Below, piece after piece: positions 9,746 through 18,306 of a stretch of DNA of 64,000 nucleotides. Every line of letters begins with the position of its first letter. Position 1 is the first letter of the stretch. The stretch covers positions 2,112,001 to 2,176,000 of the forward strand of contig OY764216.1 in assembly GCA_963668315.1 (NCBI GenBank). The letters are read 5' to 3'. The stretch comes from Spirochaetia bacterium. Its GTDB lineage: Bacteria > Spirochaetota > Spirochaetia > DSM-2461. Both the position numbers and the translations under genes were made by a program. Under the pieces are notes generated by a model. That model saw only the letters and a list, made by a program, of their open reading frames with translations, ran no database searches and was not told the origin of the DNA.

Positions 9746-10711
9746 ATGCTTAAAGCAATGGTAAAAACGCGGATAGAAATATCCTCACCCTATGTAAAAA
9801 GTATTCATTACGGCGATATTCTGCCGGAAATCCTGTATCTCAAAAGAGTGTCCCCCGAAAAGGAGAGGGCGGCCTTCCCGGAGGAAAAACCTTCCCGGCG
9901 GCTTATCTTGGTATGTTATACCGCCCGGGGATGGCAGACCTGTCATGTGGGAGGCAAGTACTTTTATCTTCCGGAAGATCACTTTCTTTTCATTCCCCCG
10001 GGGGAGTCCCTTTCGGCGGGAGATAAGGCGGGGACGGACAGTAAATTGTATCTTATCGCCATCCGCCTGCCCGGAAAGGAGAGGGAAGGGGACTTTCTCG
10101 GACTTTCCCACGACGAAAGGGGAGGGCTATTCCTGCTGCTGTCGGAGATGGCTTCCCCCGTTATCCGTACGGACAGGTCCATGGGAGATGTGATGGAGAG
10201 CATCTACCGGAACAGCATGACCATGGCGACGGCCGATCAGGATAAACCGGTTCTTACCACGATCCGGGTGAAAAATCTTTACCGGGAACTTTTCCTTACC
10301 CTCTCCGAGGGAAGCCCTGTGCTGGGAAACGCCCTGGACAGTCTTATCGATTCGGTTCTGCCCCGCCTGCCCGAGGGAGGATATTCCCCCCTCATTGGAA
10401 GAGCTATCAGCCAGATGGCGGAAAACCTTTACGACGGCCTGACCCTCGTCAGCCTGGCCGACGGGGTGAATATATCCCTTAGCCGGTTCAAAGCCCGCTT
10501 CAGGGAAGAGACAGGCCTTTCCCCCCTGGAGTTCTACACCCGCCTCTCCATACAGAAGAGCCTGGTCCTCCTCCATCAGACCGATCATACGGTGGAAGTG
10601 ATTTCACGGGATCTGGGCTTTTCCTCACCCCGGTATTTTTCCACCATCTTCCAGAAGAATGTGGGAATGGAACCGGAGGAATTCCGGGGATGGAGGGGAC
10701 GTTTTTCCTGA
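9746..10711 (+). CDS. AraC-family transcriptional regulator
   Basis: C-terminal SLSRFKARFREETGLSP...LGFSSPRYFSTIFQKNVGMEP. Confidence 0.85.
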   Translation: MLKAMVKTRIEISSPYVKSIHYGDILPEILYLKRVSPEKERAAFPEEKPSRRLILVCYTARGWQTCHVGGKYFYLPEDHFLFIPPGESLSAGDKAGTDSKLYLIAIRLPGKEREGDFLGLSHDERGGLFLLLSEMASPVIRTDRSMGDVMESIYRNSMTMATADQDKPVLTTIRVKNLYRELFLTLSEGSPVLGNALDSLIDSVLPRLPEGGYSPLIGRAISQMAENLYDGLTLVSLADGVNISLSRFKARFREETGLSPLEFYTRLSIQKSLVLLHQTDHTVEVISRDLGFSSPRYFSTIFQKNVGMEPEEFRGWRGRFS

Positions 10712-10755
10712 AAGTCAGACGGGACGGCCGATAGGCGTAACCGGCCCGTTATAAA

Positions 10756-11145
10756 TCAGTCGTATTTGACAATGACCCCGGTGACATGGGCTGTGGCCGG
10801 CGCATAGAGCCCGAAGGTGATGCAGTTGATAAGTATATTGGTGAAGGATGCGGTATAGGTTATCTCCACATTCATGGCCGCATCTCCGGTGAACTTCTGA
10901 ATCTCCCTCTGAATCGCATCGTAGATGGCCGTATCCATGGCATCGGACGTCGCATTGAAGAGATTGGCCCCCCCGGAGGTTCCGAGAAACTCATGACAGG
11001 TCACTTTGATATCGAACTGGCCTACCGTGTCATAGGAGGGAATCTCCCGTGTCACCTGGCTTCCCGATAGCTGAAAGGTGGTGCATGATGCCAGAATCAT
11101 AAACAGAATACTGACAAGAATTACAGCTCTTTGAATCTTTTTCAT
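10756..11145 (-). CDS. Small lipoprotein of unknown function
   Basis: AAGGAG RBS; MKKIQR...ILASC lipobox. Confidence 0.7.
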   Translation of the reverse strand: MKKIQRAVILVSILFMILASCTTFQLSGSQVTREIPSYDTVGQFDIKVTCHEFLGTSGGANLFNATSDAMDTAIYDAIQREIQKFTGDAAMNVEITYTASFTNILINCITFGLYAPATAHVTGVIVKYD

Positions 11146-11261
11146 TGAAATAACTCCTTTACTAATAATCTTAAGAAGCTTTTCCCGGGGACGCAAATTT
11201 TTTCCCTTCAAATTTTTTTCCTGCTCCGGTACGGCTCCCTGACCCGGATAAACCCTATGCC

Positions 11262-11729
11262 CTATTTCAGATCTGTCAGTTTCATCTCCAGCCTGTTCTT
11301 CATGGGCACAAGGAACAGGATAACGATGAAAAGGGAATAGATAACGGAGCAGAGGGCTGTAGCCAGATTCCTTCCTATGACATCTACCGAAGATATATCG
11401 GACAGCATCATCATCAGGGCAAAAAAGAAGAGAAACACTCCGGAATAGAGATAGGATTTGACAGCGAAATCAAAAAAAATGATTCCCCTTTCCAGATCAT
11501 CCTTAGCAGGAATTCTCTTATCAAAGAACAGGCTGATATTTCCGGCTATCATTCTGAAAGAGTAGTTAAAGAGAATAATACCGAAGGGAAAAGTGACGAT
11601 CAGTATAAAGGCTTTTAAATCCCAGAATAATCCGACGGCGAAAACCGTAAAGTCTCTCATGGCAAAAATCATATAAGCCAGGAGCAATAGCTCAATAATC
11701 CCTATGATTCCCCATCTTCTCATTTTCAT
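11262..11729 (-). CDS. 4-TM membrane protein resembling a shortened MotA/ExbB proton-channel subunit
   Basis: FWDLKAFILIV and IGRNLATALCSVIYSLFIVILFLVPMKNRL resemble MotA TM2 and TM4. Confidence 0.55.
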   Translation of the reverse strand: MKMRRWGIIGIIELLLLAYMIFAMRDFTVFAVGLFWDLKAFILIVTFPFGIILFNYSFRMIAGNISLFFDKRIPAKDDLERGIIFFDFAVKSYLYSGVFLFFFALMMMLSDISSVDVIGRNLATALCSVIYSLFIVILFLVPMKNRLEMKLTDLK

Positions 11730-11989
11730 TTTTTTTCCTCTCCATTAATCGTTAAATTCTTGCAAATATACATTAAATCTTCCTTATACGCCTTTTGGTA
11801 TATGGATAGATCCAGTTTTGTCCTATTGCCCTGGGGAACAAGCAGCAATAGGGCAAAATTGATAATCAGGGCGACTTTCATGACTTTTTCTATACATTCG
11901 GTTATTCCTCCCTCTTTTTTTTCATGATTTATCTCTCTGTAATAATCCGTGAGTTTTTTTTCAGCTTCAGTTTTTCTCATATTTTTCAT
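11726..11989 (-). CDS. Putative single-TM anti-sigma factor
   Basis: 87 aa, one hydrophobic segment, overlaps the ECF sigma gene. Confidence 0.5.
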   Translation of the reverse strand: MKNMRKTEAEKKLTDYYREINHEKKEGGITECIEKVMKVALIINFALLLLVPQGNRTKLDLSIYQKAYKEDLMYICKNLTINGEEKK

Positions 11990-12470
11990 AGGCCGCCTTT
12001 AGCATTTTTCTGATATTTGACAAACGGTACTTAACCGTTCCCGCGGGGATCTGAAGAATTTCCCCTATGCTTCTGCACCGGAAATTCTCATAGTAATACA
12101 AATAGGATATATTTCTGTTGGTCCGATCCAGACTGTTCAGAAAACCCTTTACCCACTCCCTTTCCAGGCTGTTCATTAATTCCTCTTCCGGATTCAGACA
12201 GGGGGAAGCTATCTCATATTCCCCATCCAGGGATTCCACTGTTTTTCTGTACTTGATTTTGTCTATTGCTTTGTTGTATGCGACCTTATATAACCAGCTG
12301 ATATTCCATCGGAAACGGCTCTCCTGATTTTTCCTGTGTAATATTACGAGCACGTCCTGGATTATCTCCTCCACATCCTCTTCCTGGAAATTCCAGTTGT
12401 TTCTCAGAAAGTTTTTCAAGCGCAATGATAGGATTCTGTATGTTTCATCGGTATTCATTGGTGTCATCAT
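11967..12470 (-). CDS. ECF-type RNA polymerase sigma factor
   Basis: EDVEEIIQDV, SWLYKVAYNKAID (region 2), IGEILQIPAGTVKYRLSNIRKML (region 4). Confidence 0.9.
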   Translation of the reverse strand: MMTPMNTDETYRILSLRLKNFLRNNWNFQEEDVEEIIQDVLVILHRKNQESRFRWNISWLYKVAYNKAIDKIKYRKTVESLDGEYEIASPCLNPEEELMNSLEREWVKGFLNSLDRTNRNISYLYYYENFRCRSIGEILQIPAGTVKYRLSNIRKMLKAAYEKYEKN

Positions 12471-12478
12471 TTATATAT

Positions 12479-12503
12479 AACGATATCCTATAGTAAATGG
12501 TTG
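12479..12503 (-). promoter_or_regulatory. Putative autoregulatory ECF promoter
   Basis: Minus strand reads cAAC-N17-CGTT, ending 8 nt before the sigma ATG. Confidence 0.5.
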
Positions 12504-12654
12504 GGTATTTTTTAATTAAATTAAGATAACCCCGGTTTAAGGATTAATCATCCCCTTCGCATGGACGGGGTGTATTCCCATTCTGTTGATTTTCCCATCA
12601 ACCTGAAGTAATATGAAGAAGGGGAATCCCCCATATTATTGCAGGAGAATTGTT

Positions 12655-13344
12655 ATGGAAGAAACAAGTTTGAACAGATATTTGGATCATGCCGTGCTCA
12701 AACCGGAAATGACCCGTGAAGAGGCCGTGGAGGCGATAAAACTGGGAATCGATTATAAAGTGAAGACCGTTTGTGTCAGACCCTGCGATATTTCTCTGGC
12801 CGCCGAAATGTGCAAAGGGACGGAGACGGAAGTTTCCTGTGTCCTCTCTTTTCCTCACGGAACGAATCCCTCCGCCGTAAAAGCCGAGGAAGCCCGTCAG
12901 TATATAGCCATGGGCACCGACGAAATCGATATGGTCGCCAACTACGGATATATCCGCTCCGGTCTCTGGGATGAAGTGGAGAAGGATATTAGAGCCGTAT
13001 CCGATGTGACCGTGCCGGCCGGCATTCCCCTCAAGGTCATATTCGAGACCTCCCAGCTGACCGGGGAGGAGATCAGCAAAACCGTGGAAATCTGTATCCG
13101 CGCCAAGGCGGATTTCGTGAAGACCTCCACCGGATTTTACGGTGAGGGCGCTACGGAGGAGGCAGTGAAAGTGATGGTGGACACCGCCGCGGGCCGCATC
13201 AAGATCAAGCCTTCCGGTGGAATCAGAACAAAGGAACAGGCCAGGAAATTTGTTTCCATGGGTGTCCACAGGCTGGGTAACGGCTACTCTTCGACAAAGG
13301 CGATTTGCGACGGGACGGAAAACACGTCGGAAGGATCGTACTGA
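12655..13344 (+). CDS. deoC: Deoxyribose-phosphate aldolase
   Basis: LDHAVLKP, EIDMV, KVIFET, FVKTSTGF, KPSGGIR. Confidence 0.95.
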   Translation: MEETSLNRYLDHAVLKPEMTREEAVEAIKLGIDYKVKTVCVRPCDISLAAEMCKGTETEVSCVLSFPHGTNPSAVKAEEARQYIAMGTDEIDMVANYGYIRSGLWDEVEKDIRAVSDVTVPAGIPLKVIFETSQLTGEEISKTVEICIRAKADFVKTSTGFYGEGATEEAVKVMVDTAAGRIKIKPSGGIRTKEQARKFVSMGVHRLGNGYSSTKAICDGTENTSEGSY

Positions 13345-13349
13345 GGGAA

Positions 13350-13406
13350 TAAAAGAAGAGCGACCGGACAAAAAGGGGATAGGAGAGAGAAGCTGTCCGG
13401 CCGCTC
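13350..13406 (-). terminator. Intrinsic terminator-like hairpin (possible sRNA 3' end)
   Basis: 13-bp stem 13358-13370/13394-13406 followed by UUCUUUU on the minus strand. Confidence 0.6.
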
Positions 13407-13507
13407 TGTAAAGTAAAAAGGAGAGAACAACGATTTGTTGCTCTGTTTTTCTGTCTAAAAAGAATATAGCCCATAATGTTTGCTATTTCATTTCAAAAAC
13501 ATTACAT

Positions 13508-15109
13508 CTATGAAATATTTCGGAGATGTTTTTTCCCATAGGGAACGGTGATCGTCAGCTGGACTCCTTCGCCCGGTTCTCCGCTGGCTTTAAAGGTTCC
13601 CCCTATCTCTTCAATGCGCCGGCCCATCATCGTCAGCCCGTTGCCTCTGTTCAGATCGGCGCATCCCTTGCCCGTGTCGGATATGATCATCCTCAAACGG
13701 TCCTCCCCGAAAAGCAGAATCAGATAGATGCGCTCGGCCCCCCCGTGCTTCAGAGAGTTGGTTATCCCCTCCTGGCAGCAACGGATCAGGTGGGAGACGA
13801 CGGGGGCGGGGAAGGGCTGTTCCTTGCCGCGGACGGTAAAGTCCAGAAGCCCCCTGCCCGAGAAATCCTCAATGGTCCGCTGAAGGGCTATGGAGAGAAT
13901 CTGATCCTCCCCGATCTCTCCCTCCAGGCTGCCCTTCAGTTCCGTCAGGCTTCCATCAAGGATCCGTGCCGATTCGGACAGGCAGCGCTTCCTCTCAGTC
14001 TTTCCCATATTCTCGAGGAGGGCCGTTCTCATGAGCATGATGATCTGTGTCAGAGAATGGCCCAGGATATCGTGGAGTTCACGGCGGGAATGGTTAAGCC
14101 ATTGGGCTTCCACGGCCTTGAGCTTTTCCCGGTTCTGCTCCTGTATCTCTTCAATGGTTTTTTCCAGACTGCTGTTCCGCCTGTCAAGATCGCAGGTCAG
14201 TCTTTCCCATTCGCTTATGTCGACGTAGTGGTAGAGGCGGTTCATGGGGGATTTATGGATTTTATGGATCCGGTAAACCCGCCCGCCGTACTCTACCCGT
14301 TTGAGGGGAACCGAATCGGGAGGGAGTATATGGGTCCTCAGGGGGCGGTTTTTCCTGTCGGTGAGGATCAGGGGATCTTCCATCCGGTTCAGCAGGGTGG
14401 AATGAGCCACGGGGAGCAGCCCCAGGAAGTGGGAGCGGTAGGCGGCCGTCGCGAAGAGGATAAGGGAGCCGGTCATCATCAGGGGAGTGATATCGAAAAG
14501 GGGATTGATGATGTCCATCAGATAAAACACATTGAACAGAAGGGGAATAAAAGCGGCCATTCCTATGAGAAAATCCCACCGGGAGCGGCTCCACTTGATA
14601 ACGGCCCTGAACGAAAGGGCGATGCTCAGGAGGATCAGCGCGTAGGTGTAAGCCGCTTGCACATAGAAAAGGGGGCCGAAGTCGTCATGATAGAAGTCGA
14701 AGGAAGAGTAGAAGCGGTAGTGCAGGGGGTTGGTCGCCATGATGAGAAAGAGCACCGAAGAGAGACCGCAGAGAATCCTTTGAACCGCCCGGGGAATTGT
14801 CCGGTGTAGGGCGAAGTGCCAGGAGAAGAAAAAGTAGAAGGGACCCAGAAAGCATATGGACAGATACTGGGTGGCGATAAAGAACCAGCGAAGCTCGATG
14901 GTGGGGGCCAGGGTCTTGCCTATCTTGCTGACGATCCAGAGGATGATCGCCCCCTGAAGGATAAGATAGCTGTTAAGAAGGGGGCCCTTATTGGCTTTGC
15001 GGAAAAAAAAGTAATTGACCGAGAGGCTTATGATCAGGGCTATGAAATGGTAGGATTCGGTGATGAATATGAAACGCATGTCATAGTCATCGGAAGGCAT
15101 GGGAATCAT
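13508..15109 (-). CDS. Sensor histidine kinase, HisKA_7TM N-terminus with HisKA_3 and HATPase
   Basis: Multi-TM N-terminus; RRELHDILGHSLT, QEGITNSLKHG, DTGKG, GNGL. Confidence 0.9.
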   Translation of the reverse strand: MIPMPSDDYDMRFIFITESYHFIALIISLSVNYFFFRKANKGPLLNSYLILQGAIILWIVSKIGKTLAPTIELRWFFIATQYLSICFLGPFYFFFSWHFALHRTIPRAVQRILCGLSSVLFLIMATNPLHYRFYSSFDFYHDDFGPLFYVQAAYTYALILLSIALSFRAVIKWSRSRWDFLIGMAAFIPLLFNVFYLMDIINPLFDITPLMMTGSLILFATAAYRSHFLGLLPVAHSTLLNRMEDPLILTDRKNRPLRTHILPPDSVPLKRVEYGGRVYRIHKIHKSPMNRLYHYVDISEWERLTCDLDRRNSSLEKTIEEIQEQNREKLKAVEAQWLNHSRRELHDILGHSLTQIIMLMRTALLENMGKTERKRCLSESARILDGSLTELKGSLEGEIGEDQILSIALQRTIEDFSGRGLLDFTVRGKEQPFPAPVVSHLIRCCQEGITNSLKHGGAERIYLILLFGEDRLRMIISDTGKGCADLNRGNGLTMMGRRIEEIGGTFKASGEPGEGVQLTITVPYGKKHLRNIS

Positions 15110-15753
15110 GGGGTACCTTCGTCTATCAGATTATTCTTGATGGCATAGACGGCTATCTGGGTACGCGCCTGGAGACTCATTTTATTCAGGATGGAGGATA
15201 CCCGGTTCTTGACGGTTCCTTCGGAGCAGTTCTCCCTCTGGGCTATCTCCTTGTTTCCCAGGCCTTCCGTTATGAGCCTGATGAATACCATGTCCCTTTC
15301 GGTCAGGCCCAGCTCCTCCCTCTTTTCCCTGTCCGGCCGGCTTTTTCTGGTTAGGTATTTGCCCGGATGGGGGTGATAGATATGCAGCCCTTCTCTGATG
15401 CCCTTCAGGGCCATGCGGAAAAGCTCCTGATCAATATCCTTCAGGAGAAAGCCGTCCGCCCCGATTTCCAGGGCTCTCTCTATCATATCGTCCTCGTCAA
15501 AGGTGGTGAGGAGAACGATCTTGCACCGGGGAAACCGCTTCCCGATAATTTCCCCCGCTTCGATGCCTCCCATGATGGGCATCCTGATATCCAGGAGGGC
15601 GATATCGGGGCTGTGGAGGCTGCACAGTTCCACCGCTTCCACGCCGTTGGAAGCGGTTCCGACTATGTTGAAGTCATCCCCTTCCGAGAGCAAGAGTCTG
15701 AGAGAGTCTCTTATCAGTTGTTGATCTTCCGCCAGAATGATGTTGATTCCCAT
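15106..15753 (-). CDS. NarL/LuxR-family response regulator
   Basis: LAEDQ, LLDIRMP, LTTFD, FLLK; LTERD...NKEIA...GTVKNRVSSIL. Confidence 0.93.
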   Translation of the reverse strand: MGINIILAEDQQLIRDSLRLLLSEGDDFNIVGTASNGVEAVELCSLHSPDIALLDIRMPIMGGIEAGEIIGKRFPRCKIVLLTTFDEDDMIERALEIGADGFLLKDIDQELFRMALKGIREGLHIYHPHPGKYLTRKSRPDREKREELGLTERDMVFIRLITEGLGNKEIAQRENCSEGTVKNRVSSILNKMSLQARTQIAVYAIKNNLIDEGTP

Positions 15754-16777
15754 AGTTATCTCCCTTTAATTCGTTTACCGCTTCCCTGATATGGGCCATG
15801 CTGTTCTCTGCATATTCCTGAAGTTTTCTTATATTGCCGGCCGAAAGGTCCTGCTCTTCCAGGCGGGATCTGAGAAGTGTCAGCTCTTCCTCCACCAGAT
15901 TCTGAATTTCATGGGAGATCCGTTCCCGTATCTCCTCCTCCTTCCTGAGAAGGGTGACATTGCCGCTCTCTTCACTCTGAAGAATCGTCCTGCGGTTGGT
16001 CAGCATCCGGTGCTTGTCCCTGAGTTCCGCCAGGAGGTTCTGTTCTTCCGTGATATCCAGAAGGGTCAGGAGGTAGCCCCTTTCTCCTTCGAGTGGGGAG
16101 AACCGGAAGGAGTAAGTGCCGGTTCCGTATTGAATCGTCCCCCTTTCCGGCCCTTCTCCCCCGAGACAATCCCTGAGGGAGTGCAGATCGTTATCCAATC
16201 CCTCCGAACCTTCGATAAGAGCGGAGAGAGAGCAGCCCGGAGTCACCAGATGGGAGGGAAAAATCTCTGTCCCTCCGGAAATGATGTTTCTGTTCCGGTC
16301 CAGAATCATAATGGATTCTCTGAGGGAGCGGATAATCCAGGACTGCTGATTTTTCCACGAATGGTCGTTTCGCTTCTCTCCGTAATATATGATCCTCGCC
16401 AGGACTCCGGAGGCGATGATGACGGGAAGTACCAGAGGATAGGGGGCAAGGAGTCTGCCTGTGCAGAGAACGAGACATCCCGCCGCGGAGAGGCAGTCCG
16501 CCCGGAAGGGCCTGAGCCGCCGCAGGGGTAGGAAAAGGAGTACCGACAGGGGAATCAGCATAAGACTCCCTGCGGTGAGTATGCGGACGGCCGCGGGAAA
16601 AGGACAGGCCGGAATCAGAGCCCGGGCGATAAGGAAAAGGAGAAAAAGTAACATCCCCAGACTTTTCAGCTCTTTGCCTTCCGTCAGAAGATCAATACAG
16701 GTAAATATAACGGGAAATACGATAAAAGATGTCAGCAGCAGGGGTAAGAATATCTCGTATACGTAGTAACTCTCCAT
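15674..16777 (-). CDS. Membrane protein with PAS-like region and degenerate HisKA_3 helix (pseudokinase)
   Basis: TM N-terminus, IMILDRN...LLDITE, RERISHEIQNLV with no phospho-acceptor His; no HATPase motifs. Confidence 0.6.
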   Translation of the reverse strand: MESYYVYEIFLPLLLTSFIVFPVIFTCIDLLTEGKELKSLGMLLFLLFLIARALIPACPFPAAVRILTAGSLMLIPLSVLLFLPLRRLRPFRADCLSAAGCLVLCTGRLLAPYPLVLPVIIASGVLARIIYYGEKRNDHSWKNQQSWIIRSLRESIMILDRNRNIISGGTEIFPSHLVTPGCSLSALIEGSEGLDNDLHSLRDCLGGEGPERGTIQYGTGTYSFRFSPLEGERGYLLTLLDITEEQNLLAELRDKHRMLTNRRTILQSEESGNVTLLRKEEEIRERISHEIQNLVEEELTLLRSRLEEQDLSAGNIRKLQEYAENSMAHIREAVNELKGDNYGNQHHSGGRSTTDKRLSQTLALGRG

Positions 16778-16825
16778 ATCCAAAAGTATTATGTCCTAAA
16801 AAAGCATGTCTTACAAGATATATCT

Positions 16826-16900
16826 GTTACTTTTTTCATCCCCGTGAGTGACTTAAGTTACCGTGGTTTTTGGCCGATTTACCCTTCCCCGTGATATAAT
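16826..16900 (+). promoter_or_regulatory. Tandem NarL-type operator palindromes plus extended -10
   Basis: GTTAC-N4-TTCAT (16826) and GTGAC-N4-GTTAC (16848), 22 bp apart; TGATATAAT at 16892-16900. Confidence 0.5.
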
Positions 16901-16932
16901 AAATAGTGAGAATATGTTTACAGGAGGAATAA

Positions 16933-18174
16933 ATGAACTTACGAAGAACAGTAGGGTTTTTATTGTTTGCAACACTATTTGCAGGAAGTGCTCTTTTTGC
17001 TGAAGATGATATTTATTGGGGAAGCAATTACGCTAAGGGTAATACGGTTTTCGGAGCGGCCGCCGCATATGAGAGCAGCAGGACCTTTTCATCGGATAAA
17101 GCGATAGGACTCTACCCCTCGGCGGAACTTCTTCTCTGGAAGCCGGTTATCGCCGGCTACGCCCCCTTTGACTTCGGTCTCATGGCCGAAGGACGTTTCG
17201 GTCTGCCCCTGGACGGGCAGAGCCTGCAGGCCGGCGTAGGTGCCGGCGGTACGGTGCATTTCGGATTCAAAGGGTTCGATTTTCCCTATTCCGAATATCT
17301 GGACCGTTTTGAACTGTACGCCCGGTTCGGTTTTTCCTTTGATCTCGTCAAGGGGGCCGATGATGATTTCTTCGGTACGGTCGCCACATCGGGTGCCAAC
17401 TATTTTCTGGATGACAGACTGATGGTGGGACTCTCCTACACCGGCTGGGGGAGCGGCGAAACAGGATATGACGGTGTCTCCCTGCAGCTTCAGTACCGAC
17501 TTGGAAAGAACTTACACGTGGTGGGAATGAACGGAACCTGGGAAGCCTACCAGGAGACGGTAAACGCTCTGAAAGCCATGGGGCCCGTCAGTCAGTTCTA
17601 TGCCTTCTATGCCTATGCCGTTTATTCCGGCGGTTACTACTGGGCTCCCGAATCCTATGATGAGGGGGAGGGAACGGTCTGGCGGTATTCCGAGAAAGGG
17701 GAGGATCCCTTCTATCTGGAAAGGATTCTGCTTGAGCGAACCGCCGACGGAGGAGAGTGGTGGAGCCTGCGCTACTTCAATGACGAAGGGGATGAGTATC
17801 CCTTTGAGTTTCTTATCTCCGCCGGTCAGGAGCTGGAAATGCTCTACTATCTGGATGAAAACGGACAAATCGGCTCCTATCGCTTTGATGACGACCGCAG
17901 ACAAATTGAGCTGGAAGATATGGAAAAGATCACCTACGAGGAGCTTGAGAGCATGTCCGACGGCCGGGAAACCGTTACCGTTCCGGCAGGTACGTTCGAG
18001 GATTGTCTCTATATCGTCAGCGAGGATGATGAAGCCTCCTATAAATGGTGGTTTTCCGACGATAGGGGCGTAGCGGGAGCTCTCGTCAAGTTCGTTGATG
18101 AAACGGACGATATCATCACTGCCGAACTGGAGGAATTGATCAGCGGCCGGAAAGGGGCTTTTAAGCTGAAATAG
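16933..18174 (+). CDS. Secreted protein, beta-barrel-like N-terminal half and acidic C-terminal domain
   Basis: AGGAGG RBS, signal peptide, amphipathic aromatic strands, ETVTVPAGTF motif. Confidence 0.65.
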   Translation: MNLRRTVGFLLFATLFAGSALFAEDDIYWGSNYAKGNTVFGAAAAYESSRTFSSDKAIGLYPSAELLLWKPVIAGYAPFDFGLMAEGRFGLPLDGQSLQAGVGAGGTVHFGFKGFDFPYSEYLDRFELYARFGFSFDLVKGADDDFFGTVATSGANYFLDDRLMVGLSYTGWGSGETGYDGVSLQLQYRLGKNLHVVGMNGTWEAYQETVNALKAMGPVSQFYAFYAYAVYSGGYYWAPESYDEGEGTVWRYSEKGEDPFYLERILLERTADGGEWWSLRYFNDEGDEYPFEFLISAGQELEMLYYLDENGQIGSYRFDDDRRQIELEDMEKITYEELESMSDGRETVTVPAGTFEDCLYIVSEDDEASYKWWFSDDRGVAGALVKFVDETDDIITAELEELISGRKGAFKLK

Positions 18175-18196
18175 ATCTCTTCTTGTTTTAATCTCC

Positions 18197-18226
18197 TGCC
18201 TCCCACTTGATGGGAGGCATTTTTTT
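18197..18226 (+). terminator. Rho-independent terminator
   Basis: TGCCTCCCA-cttga-TGGGAGGCA followed by T7. Confidence 0.85.
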
Positions 18227-18306
18227 ATTATAAAATGAGTCGCATTGAAATTTCCATCAAAATATATTATCGTATCATAATGCAATGATATTTAAGGGGG
18301 CCTATC

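Noticed and set aside
11194..11220. Direct repeat CAAATTTTTTC upstream of the small lipoprotein gene
   Set aside because: Low complexity; cannot be distinguished from chance
11150..12600. ECF islet as a second integron cassette
   Set aside because: No R''/R' boxes or attC-like palindrome at its ends
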